This document shows, one piece after another, positions 41,601-54,962 of a DNA stretch of 64,000 nt; position 1 is the stretch's first letter; the number at the start of each line of letters is the position of its first letter. The notes below the pieces were generated by a model. The model did no database searches. It was not told the origin of the DNA and saw only the letters and a list, made by a program, of their open reading frames with translations. The DNA comes from Chiloscyllium plagiosum (Eukaryota). Position numbers and translations under genes: made by a program. The stretch is from assembly GCF_004010195.1 (NCBI RefSeq), contig NC_057718.1, positions 86,667,860 through 86,731,859 of the forward strand. Direction: 5' to 3'.

Positions 41601-41997
41601 ACCCCAGTGTACACAGACCCCTATTGTCACACCAGTATACACAGACTTCTATTATCACCCCAGTGTACACAGACTCCTATTGCCACACCAGTGTATACAT
41701 ACCCCTATTGTCACCCCAGTGTACACAGACCCTTATTGTCATACCAATGTAGACAGGCCCCTATCATCATATCAGTGTACACAGATCCTTATTGCCACAC
41801 CAGTGTACACAGACCTCTATTGTCACACCTGTATACACAGACCCCTATTGTCACACCAGTGTATACAGACCCTTATTGTCACCCCAGTGTACACAGATCC
41901 CTATTGTCACACCAGTGTACACAGACCCCTCTTGTCAAACAAGTGTATACATACCTTTATTGCCACCCCAGTGTACACAGACCCCGATTGTTATACC
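38608..41997 (+). repeat. 28-bp tandem satellite/minisatellite, consensus GTGTACACAGACCCCTATTGTCACACCA
   Basis: About 100 sequenced units with variant monomers; the array contains a gap. Confidence 0.97.
39310..39809. other. Assembly gap (500 N)
   Basis: N run. Confidence 1.
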
Positions 41998-42050
41998 AGG
42001 GTGTAGCTTTAGGCTGGGTGCAGCAAGATCAGGAATTAGCTCAGTGAGTT

Positions 42051-42930
42051 TGAATTGAATTGAATTTAATTTATTGTCATGTGTACCGAGACACAGTGAA
42101 AACCTTTGTCTTGCGAGCAATACAGGCAGATAACAGAGTTAAGTAGCATTGATAATTAAATAATAGGTAAATAGCAGTAAAAGTAAACACACAGGTACAG
42201 CCAAATGTTAAGAGTTTGTGAGTCCATTCAGTATTCTCACAACAGTTGGGTAGAAACTGGTACAAAACCGGCTGGTGCGTGTCTTCAGGCTTCTGTACTT
42301 TCTCCCAGATGGTAGAGGTTGTAGAAAAGCATTGCCAGGGTGGGATGGATCTTTGAGAATGCTAACGGCCTTTCCTTGACAGCGGGCCTGGTAGATGGAT
42401 TCTGTAGATGGGAGGTTGGCCTTTGTGATTGTCCGGGCTGAGTTCACCACTCTCTGTAACCATCACCGATCTTGAATGGTACAGTGGCCATACCAGGTAG
42501 TGATACATCCAGACAGAATGCTCTCGATTGTGCACCTATAAAGGTTGGCAGGGGTATTCGCCGTCATGCCAAATTTCCTCAGCTGCCTGAAGAAGAAGAG
42601 ACATTGTTGGGCTTTTGTAACCAATGTGTCCACATGAAGAGTCCAAGAAAGCTTGTTGTGGATGACCACTCCCAGGAGCTTGACACTCTACACTCGTTCC
42701 TCCTACACATTAACAATGCTGTTAATGTGTAGGAGGGCATGAGTAACATCCCGCCAAAAGTCAATAATGAGTTCCTTGATTTTGCCAGCATTGAGAGCTA
42801 GTTTGTTCTCAGTGGACTATTTTTCCAGGTCTTCCACCTCCCATCTGTAGTCTGTTTTGTAGCCATCTGAGATACAACTGACTATGGTGGTGTCATCAGC
42901 GAACTTGTAAATGGCATTAGTCTGGTATTT
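42051..42930 (-). mobile_element. Rex1/Babar-like LINE, 5'-truncated
   Basis: KFADDTTIV, LSWTLHVDTLVTKAQQCLFFFRQLRKF, YRCTIESILSGCITTWYG, LKDPSHP..F..LPSGRKYRS..SFYP; (TGAAT)n tail. Confidence 0.8.
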
Positions 42931-44413
42931 GATGAAGTTTTTGCCCTGCATGTACAAAAAAATACAAGGTATTACACGTGCAGATTGTATTTGCAGCTCT
43001 AAATGGGAATAGGCTCATTCTGACAAGTTGATTTATGAACATGACTGAGTGAGCATAGATTAATCTTATACTCCTTTCATGTAGAAGATTGAGTGTCTGA
43101 TGTAATTACCTTATTTTAGCTAATTAAAGGAATTGATAGGTTAGATCAAGAGAAATTACCTCCTTTGGTCAGGGAATCCAAAGCTAAGGGTCATCATCTC
43201 AAACTTAAACCAGGCCATTCATGGATTGATGTCTGCTTCATAGCAAAGATATTGTGAAACATGGAGCTCTCATTTCCCAGCAGCATTGCTGAGCTTGAGT
43301 GTCAGTCGAAGTATACAAACTGGAATTTGATAGAATTTTGATCACTAACGATGTTAAGGGTTACAGAGCTGGCATGCCTTGATGGATTTAAGGCACAGAT
43401 CAATCATATCTAAATGACTGCAGTCGAGGAACTGAAGGGTGTACCCCTGTTCCTATGAACCCCTTTGAAGCTTGGTTGAGTGTGTTAGGGCCAGCTAAGG
43501 TTGCTGTGAAACACTGTGTCTTTCACTTGCTATCCTCCTGCACAGGAACGTGGGCCAGTCCTGAAACTGATTACTCTCCTATTAATAGCCAGTGTTGGCC
43601 TCCAACAAGGGATTTGAGCTTCAACAGGGCCCATTAAAGCGATCTGCAAAAGAAGCAAGGGTGAAGTGAGGAAGAACTTTTTCCGTCAGTGAGTCATGAG
43701 GGCGGGGGATGTATTGCCTGGAAGTATGGTTCAGTTGTGGCTTTCAAGAGGGCATTAGATGGTTATTTGGATAAAAATAATGTACAAGGTATGGAGGGAA
43801 AATCAGAAAATTAGCACAAGGTAATGGCGCTCATTTAATAAGCCATGGCAAGCACAATGGATTGAATTACCTTCTTCTGCCCCATAACACTTTTGTGATT
43901 CTGGACATTTTTGCATGTCCAATCGTGGTAAGTTCCTATTACACATGGTACTGCAACATTCTTATCTCTCCTGATTCTTTCAAACTTCCCTTATACATTT
44001 CTTTTAACCAAACTACTCAGACAATGGGAGCAGGTGGGACTTGAATCCAGGCCTTTTGGTCTAGTGGTAGGGGCATTCACTGCATCACTTGAGCTCTCAA
44101 GCCTCCCTTGTATCATTGCGGAGCTGATAGATTCAACAGATAATGATAACATATTTTGTCCAACGCCTTTTAAATCAGATCTCTCCAGGGAACTTGGCCT
44201 TATAAATAGTTTTCTGGGTCATGCAGACTCTATAGTGTTGTAAGATCTCAGTGTTAGCAGCAAGCCTACTCTTCACAGGGGCTGCAACACCTTTGTTACG
44301 TTAGTGGATCCTGAGATCCATTACTAGCTAGTTTCCCCCTTGCAGGGGCATAAATTATTTCTGTTCCCACATTGCATTCAGCAACTTTAAATTTAAACCA
44401 AGGCTCCTATTTT

Positions 44414-44622
44414 GCCAGGAGACAGTGAGGTGCAGATGCTGGAGATTAGAATCGAAAAGTGTGGTGCTGGAAAAGCACAGCCGGTCAGGCAGCATCCAAG
44501 GAGCAGGAGAGTCGTCATTTCAGGCATAAACCCTTCATCAGGGCTTATGTTCAAAATGTCGACTCTTCTGCTCTTTGGATGCTGCCTAACTGCTGCGCTT
44601 TTCCAGTGCCACACTTCTCAAT
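44414..44622. mobile_element. Family-A Penelope-derived fold-back, decayed hammerhead
   Basis: Inverted arms; TCCTATTTT repeated at 44405-44413 and 44623-44631. Confidence 0.75.
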
Positions 44623-45969
44623 TCCTATTTTATCAGGTCAATCCTGAGTTAGTCACTGTATCCCTATTCAAAAGGTTGAGCTGATACCTAATTATAAAGT
44701 TAGACAGACAGCGTTTAATATCTATCACATTTCTCATTACTCAAGATTTCTCACATCATTTTAAAGCCAAATAAATGCTTTCTAAAGTGCAGTTTTTGTT
44801 ATAATATCAAAAATGCATAGATCAAGGTGCAAGGATCTGTAACTGAAAGCTTGTCCAGTTCACCAGTTTCTCGGTGATATTGATTGAGGGATAAATATTA
44901 GCCATAGTACCAGGGAGAACTCATCTGCCCTGCTTTGAAACAGTGTCACGAGATGCTTTATATTCACCTTAAAGGGCAGACGGGGCTTTGGGTTAACATT
45001 TCACACACAAGATGACATCTGCAATAGCATATCTTGAGTGTACCAATCTCGGCAATGCGTCTTGAACCTCTAGGCTTCTCAGAAAGAAGCAAACGCACTA
45101 CCCACTGGTTATACATTGAATCTTAAAGAGCCACAGCAGCAATTAGGAGGCTACAAAACTTTTGACTGACCTGACAATTAATTATTGTGAGGGGACCGAC
45201 TGTAAGGTGAGGAAGCCGGGGATAACACTGAATAGTAATTAGATACTTAATGATGGCCATTGCAAGCGAAAGTGACAAAGCTGTCAGTCTGAGGTCAGTA
45301 CTTCATTCTCCCCTGACACATCAGCAAAGCGCTTAAGGCACTGTTAGCTTGACAGAGTTCTATCACTGACAAACCACAAAAGAAGGAGACATGAGTTGTT
45401 ATGGTCTGGAACACACTGCTCAAAAAGGGGTGGAAACAGATTCGGTCGTAACTTTCAGAAGAGATTTGGATAAATACGTGAAAAAGAAGCAGGACATTGG
45501 GAAAGAGTAGGGGACGTGAAATAATTGCATCACTCTTTCAAAGAACTGGCAGGATGACTAATTGAATGGTTTATGGTTCTACATTCTATGAATGGTTTAG
45601 AAATGTAGATATAAATAGATCGACTTACCATGGTGATAATATGACATGAATTAGGAACTGTAACTCTCTCAGTTGTCTCCTGTTGGATGTATGGAGAGGG
45701 GTCCCTAGCAGTTCTATTCCCCTGCTGCTGATGTTAATCCACTTGAGGCACAAGTATTAGCTGCAATGTAGCAGCTGGAGGAGATGGACACTACCCAACC
45801 TCTGCCTCCTCCCCATAATTCAAGAAAGGTGAAATAGGTAGTCGAATCCTCAATCCATAAAGGAGGTCCCTGGACTCAGGGGAAAGGGCAGAGTGAAAGG
45901 AACATAATTGCCTCATTTCACCCCCTCCCTTTACTCTCTGTTTATGTAAACACAGCTGTCACTATCTCT

Positions 45970-46900
45970 TTTAATTTGCTCAGGAGATGTGAGTGTTGGT
46001 TGAAAGACCAGCATTCATAGCGCATTCATAATTGCCAATAGAAGGTAGTAATGAGATACAATTTTATTAGGGAGTGAATTCCATGATCAGCCTGAGTTAA
46101 ACTTTGCAATAAAATCCAATGAAGATGGAACAGCAACAGTTTTCCAAGTTCTGATGATGTGGGGCTTCGAGGCAACCTTACAGGTGGCAGTACAACTAAG
46201 ATTGTTTTCTCAGGTTGCAGTGGTCACATGTTTGAAAAGTACTGTTACTGAGTTGTTGCAATGGACCTTGTTGACGGTATACAACTGCTGCCATCGGCGC
46301 ACTGATTGTAGAAAGAATGAATGCCTAACGTGGTGTGTAAGGTGCCAATCAAGCAGATTATTTTGTTCTGGATGATGTTGCGCTTCTTGAATGTTGATGC
46401 AGCTACTATTAAACAGGCAAATGTAATATGTTCCATCAAGTTCCCAACTTGTGCCACATAAATAGTGGACAGACTTTGGAGAGGCATGACATTAGTTATC
46501 CTTCGCAGAATTGCAGCTTCTAACCTGCTCATGTAACCATGGGACTAGTATTAATGGGATTCATCCAATAGATTTCTGGTCAGTGGTGACCCACCAGGAT
46601 GTTGGTTGTGGGGATTCAAAAATCATAATGCTATTGAATGTCAAGGGGAGATGGTTAGATTCTCTCTTTCTGGATATGGTCATTGCTTGGCACTTCTGCA
46701 GTGTAACTATTACTTGCCACTTATCATCTGAGAGAGGAGACAATGGGGGTGGCAGAAACTGGAGAAATCAGACTTGATGAAGCATGGCTCTGGGAAAGGC
46801 ACAGAAGGTCAGGCAGCATCTGAGGAGCAAGAGAGTTGATGTTTAAGGCACGACCCTTCTTCAGGACTTATCACCCGAAGCATGAACGCTGTTCAGAATT
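45970..46900 (-). mobile_element. Second-family LINE 3' part with a family-A mini-element inserted at ~46727-46865
   Basis: DKWQV....KCQAMTIS motif; ACTTATCA TSD at 46719-46726 and 46866-46873. Confidence 0.7.
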
Positions 46901-47591
46901 TACCACACTCCAGAAGGCCAGTTAGTGAAGGGAGGAAGACAGGTAATATTACACAATTTTATGAGCATTTATTTACAGACTTACAAATTACAAGCATACA
47001 CTTCTGAATCCAGCAACCATTTTCAGTCAGTGTCTGTTTTTAATGGCACAGCTGAATCCCCAGTTAGTGTTTCCTTCTCTCTGTGTAAATGGAAATTAGG
47101 GATTTTACGTACAACCAAAATTTCAAAGCAAATCAAATAAAAAACCTCCATCCTCCGTCCACAGCGCTGAATTGTAAGATAGCCCTCTTCAGGGATCCAA
47201 TTTCATTTCCTACAGGTATTTCTTTTTGAAAAACAATGAGACTTACATTCAGCCATTTAAGTTTCATGATTTCCTTTCTTTCTAGTGTTTATTTCAAACC
47301 AGCGAGATCAATCTGTAACCTTTATTCACTTACTCGCTCACACCAACTGTCTATTTATCTTTGTTTCGCAGGTTCTAATTTACTGTCAATTATTGACAGC
47401 CACAAAACCTTCACCATCATGAGGACTTCTTCCGGCTTTGTTCCAAAGTGGCTCTATGGTGCTTATCCATTGTCTAATCCATTCAAACTGTATGGCTTCT
47501 ACTTGCGCTACTCTGTCAGCAAAGACAATTATTGCAAGATCTCCACTATTTTTGGCTTTTTTAGTGGATGCAAGAGTCACTCCTAGGCAGG

Positions 47592-47633
47592 ATTAGAATT
47601 AGAATTAGAATTGGAATTGGAATTGGAATTAGA
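47592..47633. repeat. (ATTAGA/ATTGGA)n hexamer tract, probably a retroelement tail
   Basis: Read directly; followed by tttattgtca as at the Rex1-like tail near 42070. Confidence 0.7.
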
Positions 47634-48650
47634 TTTTATTGTCACATGTTCTCAAGTACAAAAGTATGGGAGTTCAGTGGAAAAGTATGCAATGTTGCCA
47701 TGAATGCCACCCTCTTAAGTACAAAGTACCTAGTTACAAATCTTAGGTACTAAAATAGATACAGAAATAGAGAAAAAAAAGCGAAAGGTTCTTCATTACA
47801 GTTCTTCTTAGTATAAATTAGGGAAATAAAGTTAAAAGGTAAACATTACAGTTATTCTATAGCCTGCAGTCACTGCATGCTGGGGGTTTTGTACCACACT
47901 GGGCTGACCCCAACCTAGCTCGCAAGTCACTGATCGCCATCAGTACTGGCAGTGATCTCTCATTGCCTCCCACTCTCTCAGCACATTCTCTTGGTCAATG
48001 GATGTCTCATTTTGGCTGTCATCCCATGCATTCAACCAAGATTTAGATATTTCTTACACATTCCACAATTGTCACAACCCGCCCATTCACTAGACCTCCC
48101 TGGAAAACTTGTCAACTGGGTGTATGCTCTGGACAATTCAACTTTGGACGTGATAGCTCTGTTCTCTGTGTCATTACCACTTTCAGACTTTGAGTTATAT
48201 ATACATGGGCAAGGTGGTGCAATCAATAGTAATGACACTGCCTTAATAATTCAAGAGCCTGGGCTAATACTCTGGGAACACAGGTTCAAATCCTATCACG
48301 GCAGCTGATGGAATCTAAATTCAATGGATAAATCTGGAATTAAAAGGCCTGTCATGATGGTGAGAATGAATTCATTTTCAATATCATAAAACTTCATTTG
48401 GTTCACAAATGATGAAGAAAATCAGTCGTCCATACCTTGTCTATAATTCATGTGATCCCAGAATTATAGTTACTCTTAGTGACTCTTAACTGCTCTCTGA
48501 CTTGGCCTAGTAAGCAATTCAGTTGTATCAAGGACTTATGAACACTTAAAGGGATTAAACTCAATGGTCCACTTGGCATCGATCTAGGAACTGGAAATAA
48601 CAATGGCCAATGGTAGTACGGTGGCTCAGTGATTCACATGGAGTTTAATT

Positions 48651-48945
48651 AGATTAGATTACTTACAGCTTAGATTACCAACAAGTCCACACCGACCTGC
48701 TGAAGCACAACCCACCCAGACCCATTTCCCCCTTCACCTAACACTACAGGCAATTTAGCCTGGCCAATTCACCTGACCTGCACATTTTTGGATTGTGGGA
48801 GGAAACCGGAGCACACGGAGGAAACCCACGCAGACACGGGGAGAATGTGCAAACTCCACACAGAGAGTCGCCTGAGGCGGGAATTGAACCTGGGTCTCTG
48901 GCGCTGAGAGGCAGCAGTGCTAACCACTGTGCCGCCCACAATTAG
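48651..48945 (-). mobile_element. HE1-like V-domain SINE
   Basis: Similar to 26121-26436; 13-bp TSD ATGGAGTTTAATT at 48638-48650 and 48946-48958. Confidence 0.85.
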
Positions 48946-49899
48946 ATGGAGTTTAATTTGGATAAATGCAAGGTATTGCATTGTGGTAAAACAAACAAGG
49001 CAGGACTTATATAGTTAATCATGGAATCCCTACGGTATGGAAGCAGGCCATTCAGCTCATTAAGTCCGCACTGACACCCCGCCCCAACCCTGTCCCAGTA
49101 ACCCTGCATTTCCCATGACTAATCCACCTAACCCACATATCCCTGGACACTATGAGAATTTAGCATGGTCAATTCATCTAACCTGCACGCCTTTGAATGT
49201 AGAACCTGGGTATTGTTGTCAAACAGAGACACCTATGGTTCAAGTACATTGTTCTTTGAAAGTTGCATTTAGTACGTTTGCCTTCATTGCTCAGACCATT
49301 GAATATAAGGCTTAGGACATACTGTTGAGGTTATACAGGACATTGGTGCGGTCACATTTGGAGTCAGTGTACAGTTCTTGTCACCCTGCTATAGGGAGGA
49401 TATATTAAATTGGAGAGAGGTCAGAAAAGATTTATCATGTGCCTTGTGTCCAACAGGGAGGTCATTTGGACCAAGCAGCGAGCTGAATTCGCCAGGTACC
49501 CATTCTGACTTTAATGTTGAGAATTCTTGACATTCAGTTTGATCCACAGTGGGTAGTAGAATAGGAAGCTGTATATTGATGAGCTGGTAATAAGGTCATT
49601 AACAAGCAATACTTTCCCTTAATAGGTAACTCAGCCCTGCCAGGGTAAGAATCTTGCCTGATCACTTGGAGCTTTGTTAAAAGATGCAGTGAGTTGTTTC
49701 CAATAGTGAGCTAGGACTATCACTAAACATCCCACATGATTCTGCGTTCAGGCTCCTATAAGATTCCACCCATTATCATTATCAGTAGAACATTTGGTTT
49801 CAGAATCCTGAAAGCTGACCAACTGAGTAGGCTCGGTTGTGCTACAATTGCTGACAACATTGGAGAAGTGAATTGCAACACTGAAGCCTATGTGACCGC

Positions 49900-51130
49900 A
49901 GCAACATCACACCTAACCATGCGTCACCTTAGACTAGAGAAGCTAAAATCAGAAACAATAATTGATAGCACACTGCAGAAATTGTTTCACAAGGTAAAAG
50001 CTGAATTGCCTTACATATGAGAGAAAGAATGAGGTTTGTGTGGAGTACACAATGAAGGCACACTGTTTGATGGCAAATATATCACCTGCAAAACTCTAGA
50101 ATTTCTCCAAGCATGTTGTTATATGGATTGTATCTTTCCTATCATAGCATCCCTACAGTGTGGAAGCAGGCCATTCAGCCCATCAAGTCCACACTGACCC
50201 TCAGAAAAGAATCCCACCCAGACCCACCCCGCTACCCAATCCTTGTAACCCTCATATCCCATGGATAATCCACCTTGTTTACACATACCTGGACTCTATG
50301 GGCAATTTAGCACAGCCAATTCACCTAGCCCGCACAGCTTTGGACTTTGAACTTGCTAAGATGGAACAACAATCCTGTCCAGCTTTCTGGTAACCAGGGT
50401 TAGATTGCTATGTAGAAGACTTCACCGGAAAGTGTATAGCATGTACACTCTAGTGTAAACTCTAGTCAACTATGTCCAGTTCCTTTACAATCAACTCCAT
50501 GGCCAGCTGAACTATGCAATACCTACTGCTAGGAACTCTAGGAGCCCTTAGGAATTAATGCTTTTTACCTCTTGTTCATGATCTGCATGCAAATAGTCAG
50601 ACATCACTGCAACAGGTCCCACAAGCATCATTGCGGTCATTGATATCCCAGTGATAGAGTCTGGGATTTTGCCAGACTCTATCACTGCAGACAATGTTGT
50701 TTCCAATTAAGTTATGACTTCCTCTAGCAAGCTACAGAATTCACCAACAGCTGATATTGCAATGTGATCTGATATCAAATGTCGGCATTGAATAATTTTA
50801 GAGGGTGATCAACAGCAGTCAGAGAGCAAGTATATTGGATTTTAAATAATCAATACACATTCCACTTTGCACATGTCAATCAAGCCCACATTCTCTGACC
50901 GGACAATGACAGACAAAATGTATCACTGGTTGTGGATCTCACCAGCTGCTGACTGTTCTTAAGCAGCTACCAACCTCCAACTGGAATGTCAGAGCAAAGC
51001 TAAACAATGAATAAAGTAAAAGCAACAACAAATGATCAGTTGGAAGGAAACATGGTTTGCAGTTGGAGATTGGGTATGCATCAAACCGTTAAATCATGTC
51101 CTCCAATCTGTGTCATCTCCATTAGGAACC
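49900..51130 (+). mobile_element. Decayed Gypsy-type integrase remnant, interrupted by a SINE fragment (~50143-50350)
   Basis: LKSETIIDSTLQKL; FW*PGLDCYVEDFTGKCIAC (second half of an HHCC motif); PLQSTPWP; FAVGDWVCIK (GPY/F-type). Confidence 0.6.
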
Positions 51131-51162
51131 AAAAGCTCAAACAGTTGTTCAGTACTATCACT

Positions 51163-51291
51163 CATTCCTGTTAAAGGGCTTATGCCCCAAACGTCAACTC
51201 TCCTGCTCCTCGGATGCTGCCTGACTGGTTGTGCTTTTCCAGCATCACACTTTTGATTCTGATCTCCAGCACCTGCAGTCCTCACTTTCTC
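51163..51291 (+). mobile_element. Family-A Penelope-derived mini-element, decayed hammerhead
   Basis: ttcctgttaaagggcttatgccccaaacgtc..cagtcctcactttctcc. Confidence 0.75.
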
Positions 51292-51859
51292 CTACCACTT
51301 ATCTGTTGGGTGACAGTACAAAGTGGAATATGAGCTGCTTGATAGCAAGCCGACCAAGGTATTTCAGGGATAATGATTGTCAGAGTCCATTTCTTTTTAC
51401 TCAGTGAGTGACACTGATGATAATCACCCGTCTCATCTCAACTGGTGACACAGAACCAAAACCTCAAAGCCATAGATCTCAGTGCTGTCATCAACAACCT
51501 TCATATCTCAGATACTGTTCATATGAGTGTTGGGTAGAAGTAACAAAAGTAGGAGGAGAAGGAATACTGTCATGTCAAGAGTGAATGACAGACTTATATT
51601 CCATGGAAACACTGACAGTCCCACAGGCTGTGAGATTCTGAGAGCCTTTTCAGCCATCAGTGTACCCAGATCTGACTATACAGCATTCTGAGTCTACCAC
51701 CAACAAGATGCCTCAGTCCACCACTGAGTAAGTTCTCTAATGGAACCGGGGACATTGACACCAGACATAGCATTAAGAGACTTGAGCTTACAAATCTCAA
51801 GGAGTTTGCAGCCCTTGAGACAATGAGGTCCAAGCACAAAGCTCTGTACCAAGTGGTGC

Positions 51860-54800
51860 CAGACTCCTTCATGCTACCAGTGTCACGGCCTAGTGAGAGT
51901 AGGAATAGGAGGATAGAGCAGATGAATGCGTGGCTGAGGAGTTGGTACAGGGAGAAGGATTCACAGTTTTGGATCATTGGGATCTCTTCAGGGGTAGAAA
52001 TGACCTTTTTTAGAGGGATAGATTCCATCTCAATTGAAATGGGTCCAATATCCTTGCGGGGGAATTTGCTATTGCTTTTCAGGCATCTTCAAATTATTAA
52101 GGGAGGGGGATGGGAACCAAAGTGATAGTGAGAAAAGAGAAACGGCTGAGGCTAGTACAGTCAATAAGGGGAGCAAGTCAAATAGTCAAGGCAAGCAAGA
52201 GCTTGGCAGAGAACAAGATAAGACTGATAAATTGTATTTACTTTAGTTTATTTCAACTACTTACAAGAGGCCTGACAGGTAAGGCAGATGAACTCAGGTC
52301 ATGGTTGGAAACATGGGACTGGGATATCATAGCCATCACAGAAACATGGCTCAGGGCAGAACTGGGATACTTTCATGTTCTGGGGCATAGATGCTATAAG
52401 AAGGTTAAAAAGTGGGGCAAGAGAGAAGGGGGAGTCAAGTCATGTTTTTATTTAGGAGGAACATTACAGCTGAACTTAGGGAGGATATTCTTGGGATATC
52501 ATCCAGTGAACTTATATGGATGGAACTTAAAATAAGAAAGAGATTATCATCTTTTTGGGATTGTATTATGGGCCCCCAATAGTCAGTGGAAAATTGAGAA
52601 GCAAACATGTATGAAGATCTCAGATACCTGTAAGAATAATAGGGTTTGTATTGGTAGGGGATTTTAACTTTACAAGCATAGTCATAGTGTTAAGGGCTTG
52701 GATGGGGAGGAAATTGTAAAGTGTGTATAAGAAAACTTTCTTATTCAATTTGTAGATGTACCAGCTAGAGAAGGAGAAATACTTGACCTTCTTTTGGGAA
52801 ATAAGGCAGGGCAAGTGGCTGAGGTATCAATGGGGGAGCACTTTGGGACAAGTGATCATACTTCTACTACTTTTACAATTGTTATGGAAAAGAATAGAAC
52901 TGATCAAAAAGTTAAAGTTCAAAATTGGAATAAGGCCAATTCTGACGGTATTTGACAGGAATTTTCAAAAATTGATTTGGGGAGGCTATTCGCACGTAAA
53001 GGGATGGTTGGGAAGTGTGATGGCTTTAAGGATGAGGTAATAAGAGTTCAGAGACAGGGCAAAGAAGGAGGCATATATCAGGTATAGACAGCTGGGATCA
53101 AGTGAACCCCTAGAAGAGTGTAAGGGCAGTAGGCGTTCCTAAGAGGGAAATAAGGGGGACAAAAAAGGGACATGAGATATCTTTGGCAAATAGATCTAAG
53201 GAGAATCAAAGAGATTCTATAAATAATTTAGGGAAAAAGAGTAACCAGGGAGCAAATAGGGCCCTTAAAGATAGGCTCATGTATGGAACCACAGGAGATG
53301 AGTGAAAGACTAAATGAACATTTTGCTCCAGCATTTACTGCGGAGAAGAACTTGAAAGTAGGGAACTTGGGAAAATAAATATTAATGTCTTGAAAAGAGT
53401 TCATATTTACTAAAGAACAGGTACTGGAGGTCTTAAACGCATAAAGGCGGGTAAATTCTCAGGACCTGATCAGGCATTTCCCAAAACTTTGTGGGATGTT
53501 AGGGAAGAGATTATTGAGCCCCCTACTGAGAAATTAGTAATATCGACAGCCATGGGTGAGGAGCCACAAGTCTGGAGGTTAGCTAACATGTTGCCATTAT
53601 TTAAGAAAGGCTGTAAGGAAAAGCCAGGAAACAATAGACCGATGAGCCTTATTTCAGTGGTGGGTAAGTTGTTGGAGAGGATTCTGAGGTACAGGATTTA
53701 CATGCATTTGGAAAGACAAGGTCAAATTAAGGATAGCCAGTATGGCTTTGTGCATGGGAAACTGTGTCACACTAATTTGACTGAGTTTTTTGAAGAGGTG
53801 ACAAGGAAGATTGATGAAGGCAGAGTGGGGGATGTTACTTATACTGACTTCAGCAAAGCGTTCAACAAGATTCTGCATGGTAGACTGAATAGTAAGGTCA
53901 GATCATATGGAATCTGGGGGAGCTAGCCAATTGTATACAAAATTGGCTTGAAGTAGAAGACAGAGTGGTGGTGTAGGATTATCTTTTGGACCAGATGCCT
54001 GTGACCAGTGGTGCGCCACATTGATCAATAGTGGGTCGACTGCTTTTCTTCATTTATATGAATGATTTGGATGTAGGAGGTATACTAAGTAAGTTTACAA
54101 ATTACACCAAAATATGTGATGTACTGGATAGGGAAGGAGACTATGTCAGAGTACAACGGGACCTTGATCAGATGGGCCAATGGGCTGAGGAGTGGCAGAT
54201 GGAGTTTAATTTAAATAAATGTGAGGTGTTGCATTTTGACAAGGTAAACCAGAGTTGGACTTCTACAGTTAATAGTAGGGCCCTGAGGACTGTTGCCAAA
54301 CAAAGAAATCAAAGATTGCAGGTTCATCATTCTTGAAAGTGGAGTCACAGGTAGACATGTTGGTGAAGAAAGCATTTGGCTTGCTTGCCTTCATTGATCA
54401 TAACATTGAGTATAGGAATTGGGAGGTCATATTGCAACTGTACAGGACATTGGTCAGGCCACTTTTGGAATACAGCTTTCAATTCTGGTCGCCCTTCTGT
54501 AGAAAGGATGTTGTTAAAATCTGACAGGTGCAGAAAAGATTTGCAAGCATGTTGCTGGGACTAGATGCTTTGAGCTATAGGGAATAGACCGTGCCTTTTT
54601 TCCCTGGACCATCAGATACCGAGGGCTAACTTATTAGATGTTTATACAATCATGAGTAGCATGAATGAGGTGAATAGCCAAAATCTTTTCCCCAGGGTAG
54701 GTGAGTCCAAAGCTAGAGGAAACAGGTTTAAGGTGAGAGGGGTAAGATTTTAAAAGGACCTGAGGGGCACCTTTTACATTCAGCTAACTGGATAGGTGAA

Positions 54801-54925
54801 TGCACGGGAAGGGCTGAGAGAAATATGTGCCAAATGCTAGCAAACAGGACTAGGTCAGTTCGGGATGTCTGCTCTGCGCAGATAAGTTGGATTGAAGGGT
54901 CTGATATATCACTCTGTGACTCCCT
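51860..54925 (+). mobile_element. Long CR1 LINE: ORF1 esterase remnant, AP endonuclease, RT and 3' UTR, all disrupted
   Basis: LPVSR..RNRRIEQMNAWLRSW; DIIAITETWL; PGNNRPMSLISVVGKLLE; DFSKAFNKI; WQMEFNLNKCEVLHF. Confidence 0.9.
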
Positions 54926-54962
54926 GCTCCTTGACGAGTAACAGCCGGTCTGACAATGCACC

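Noticed and set aside
38608..41997. CRISPR-like array (28-bp repeat with an internal palindrome)
   Set aside because: Units are head-to-tail with no unique spacers, there are no cas genes, and the context is a vertebrate intron; it is a satellite.
38628..42058. Long ORFs (146-412 aa) as a real gene
   Set aside because: They arise in all three frames from a stop-free repeat unit and from N runs; no splice or homology support.
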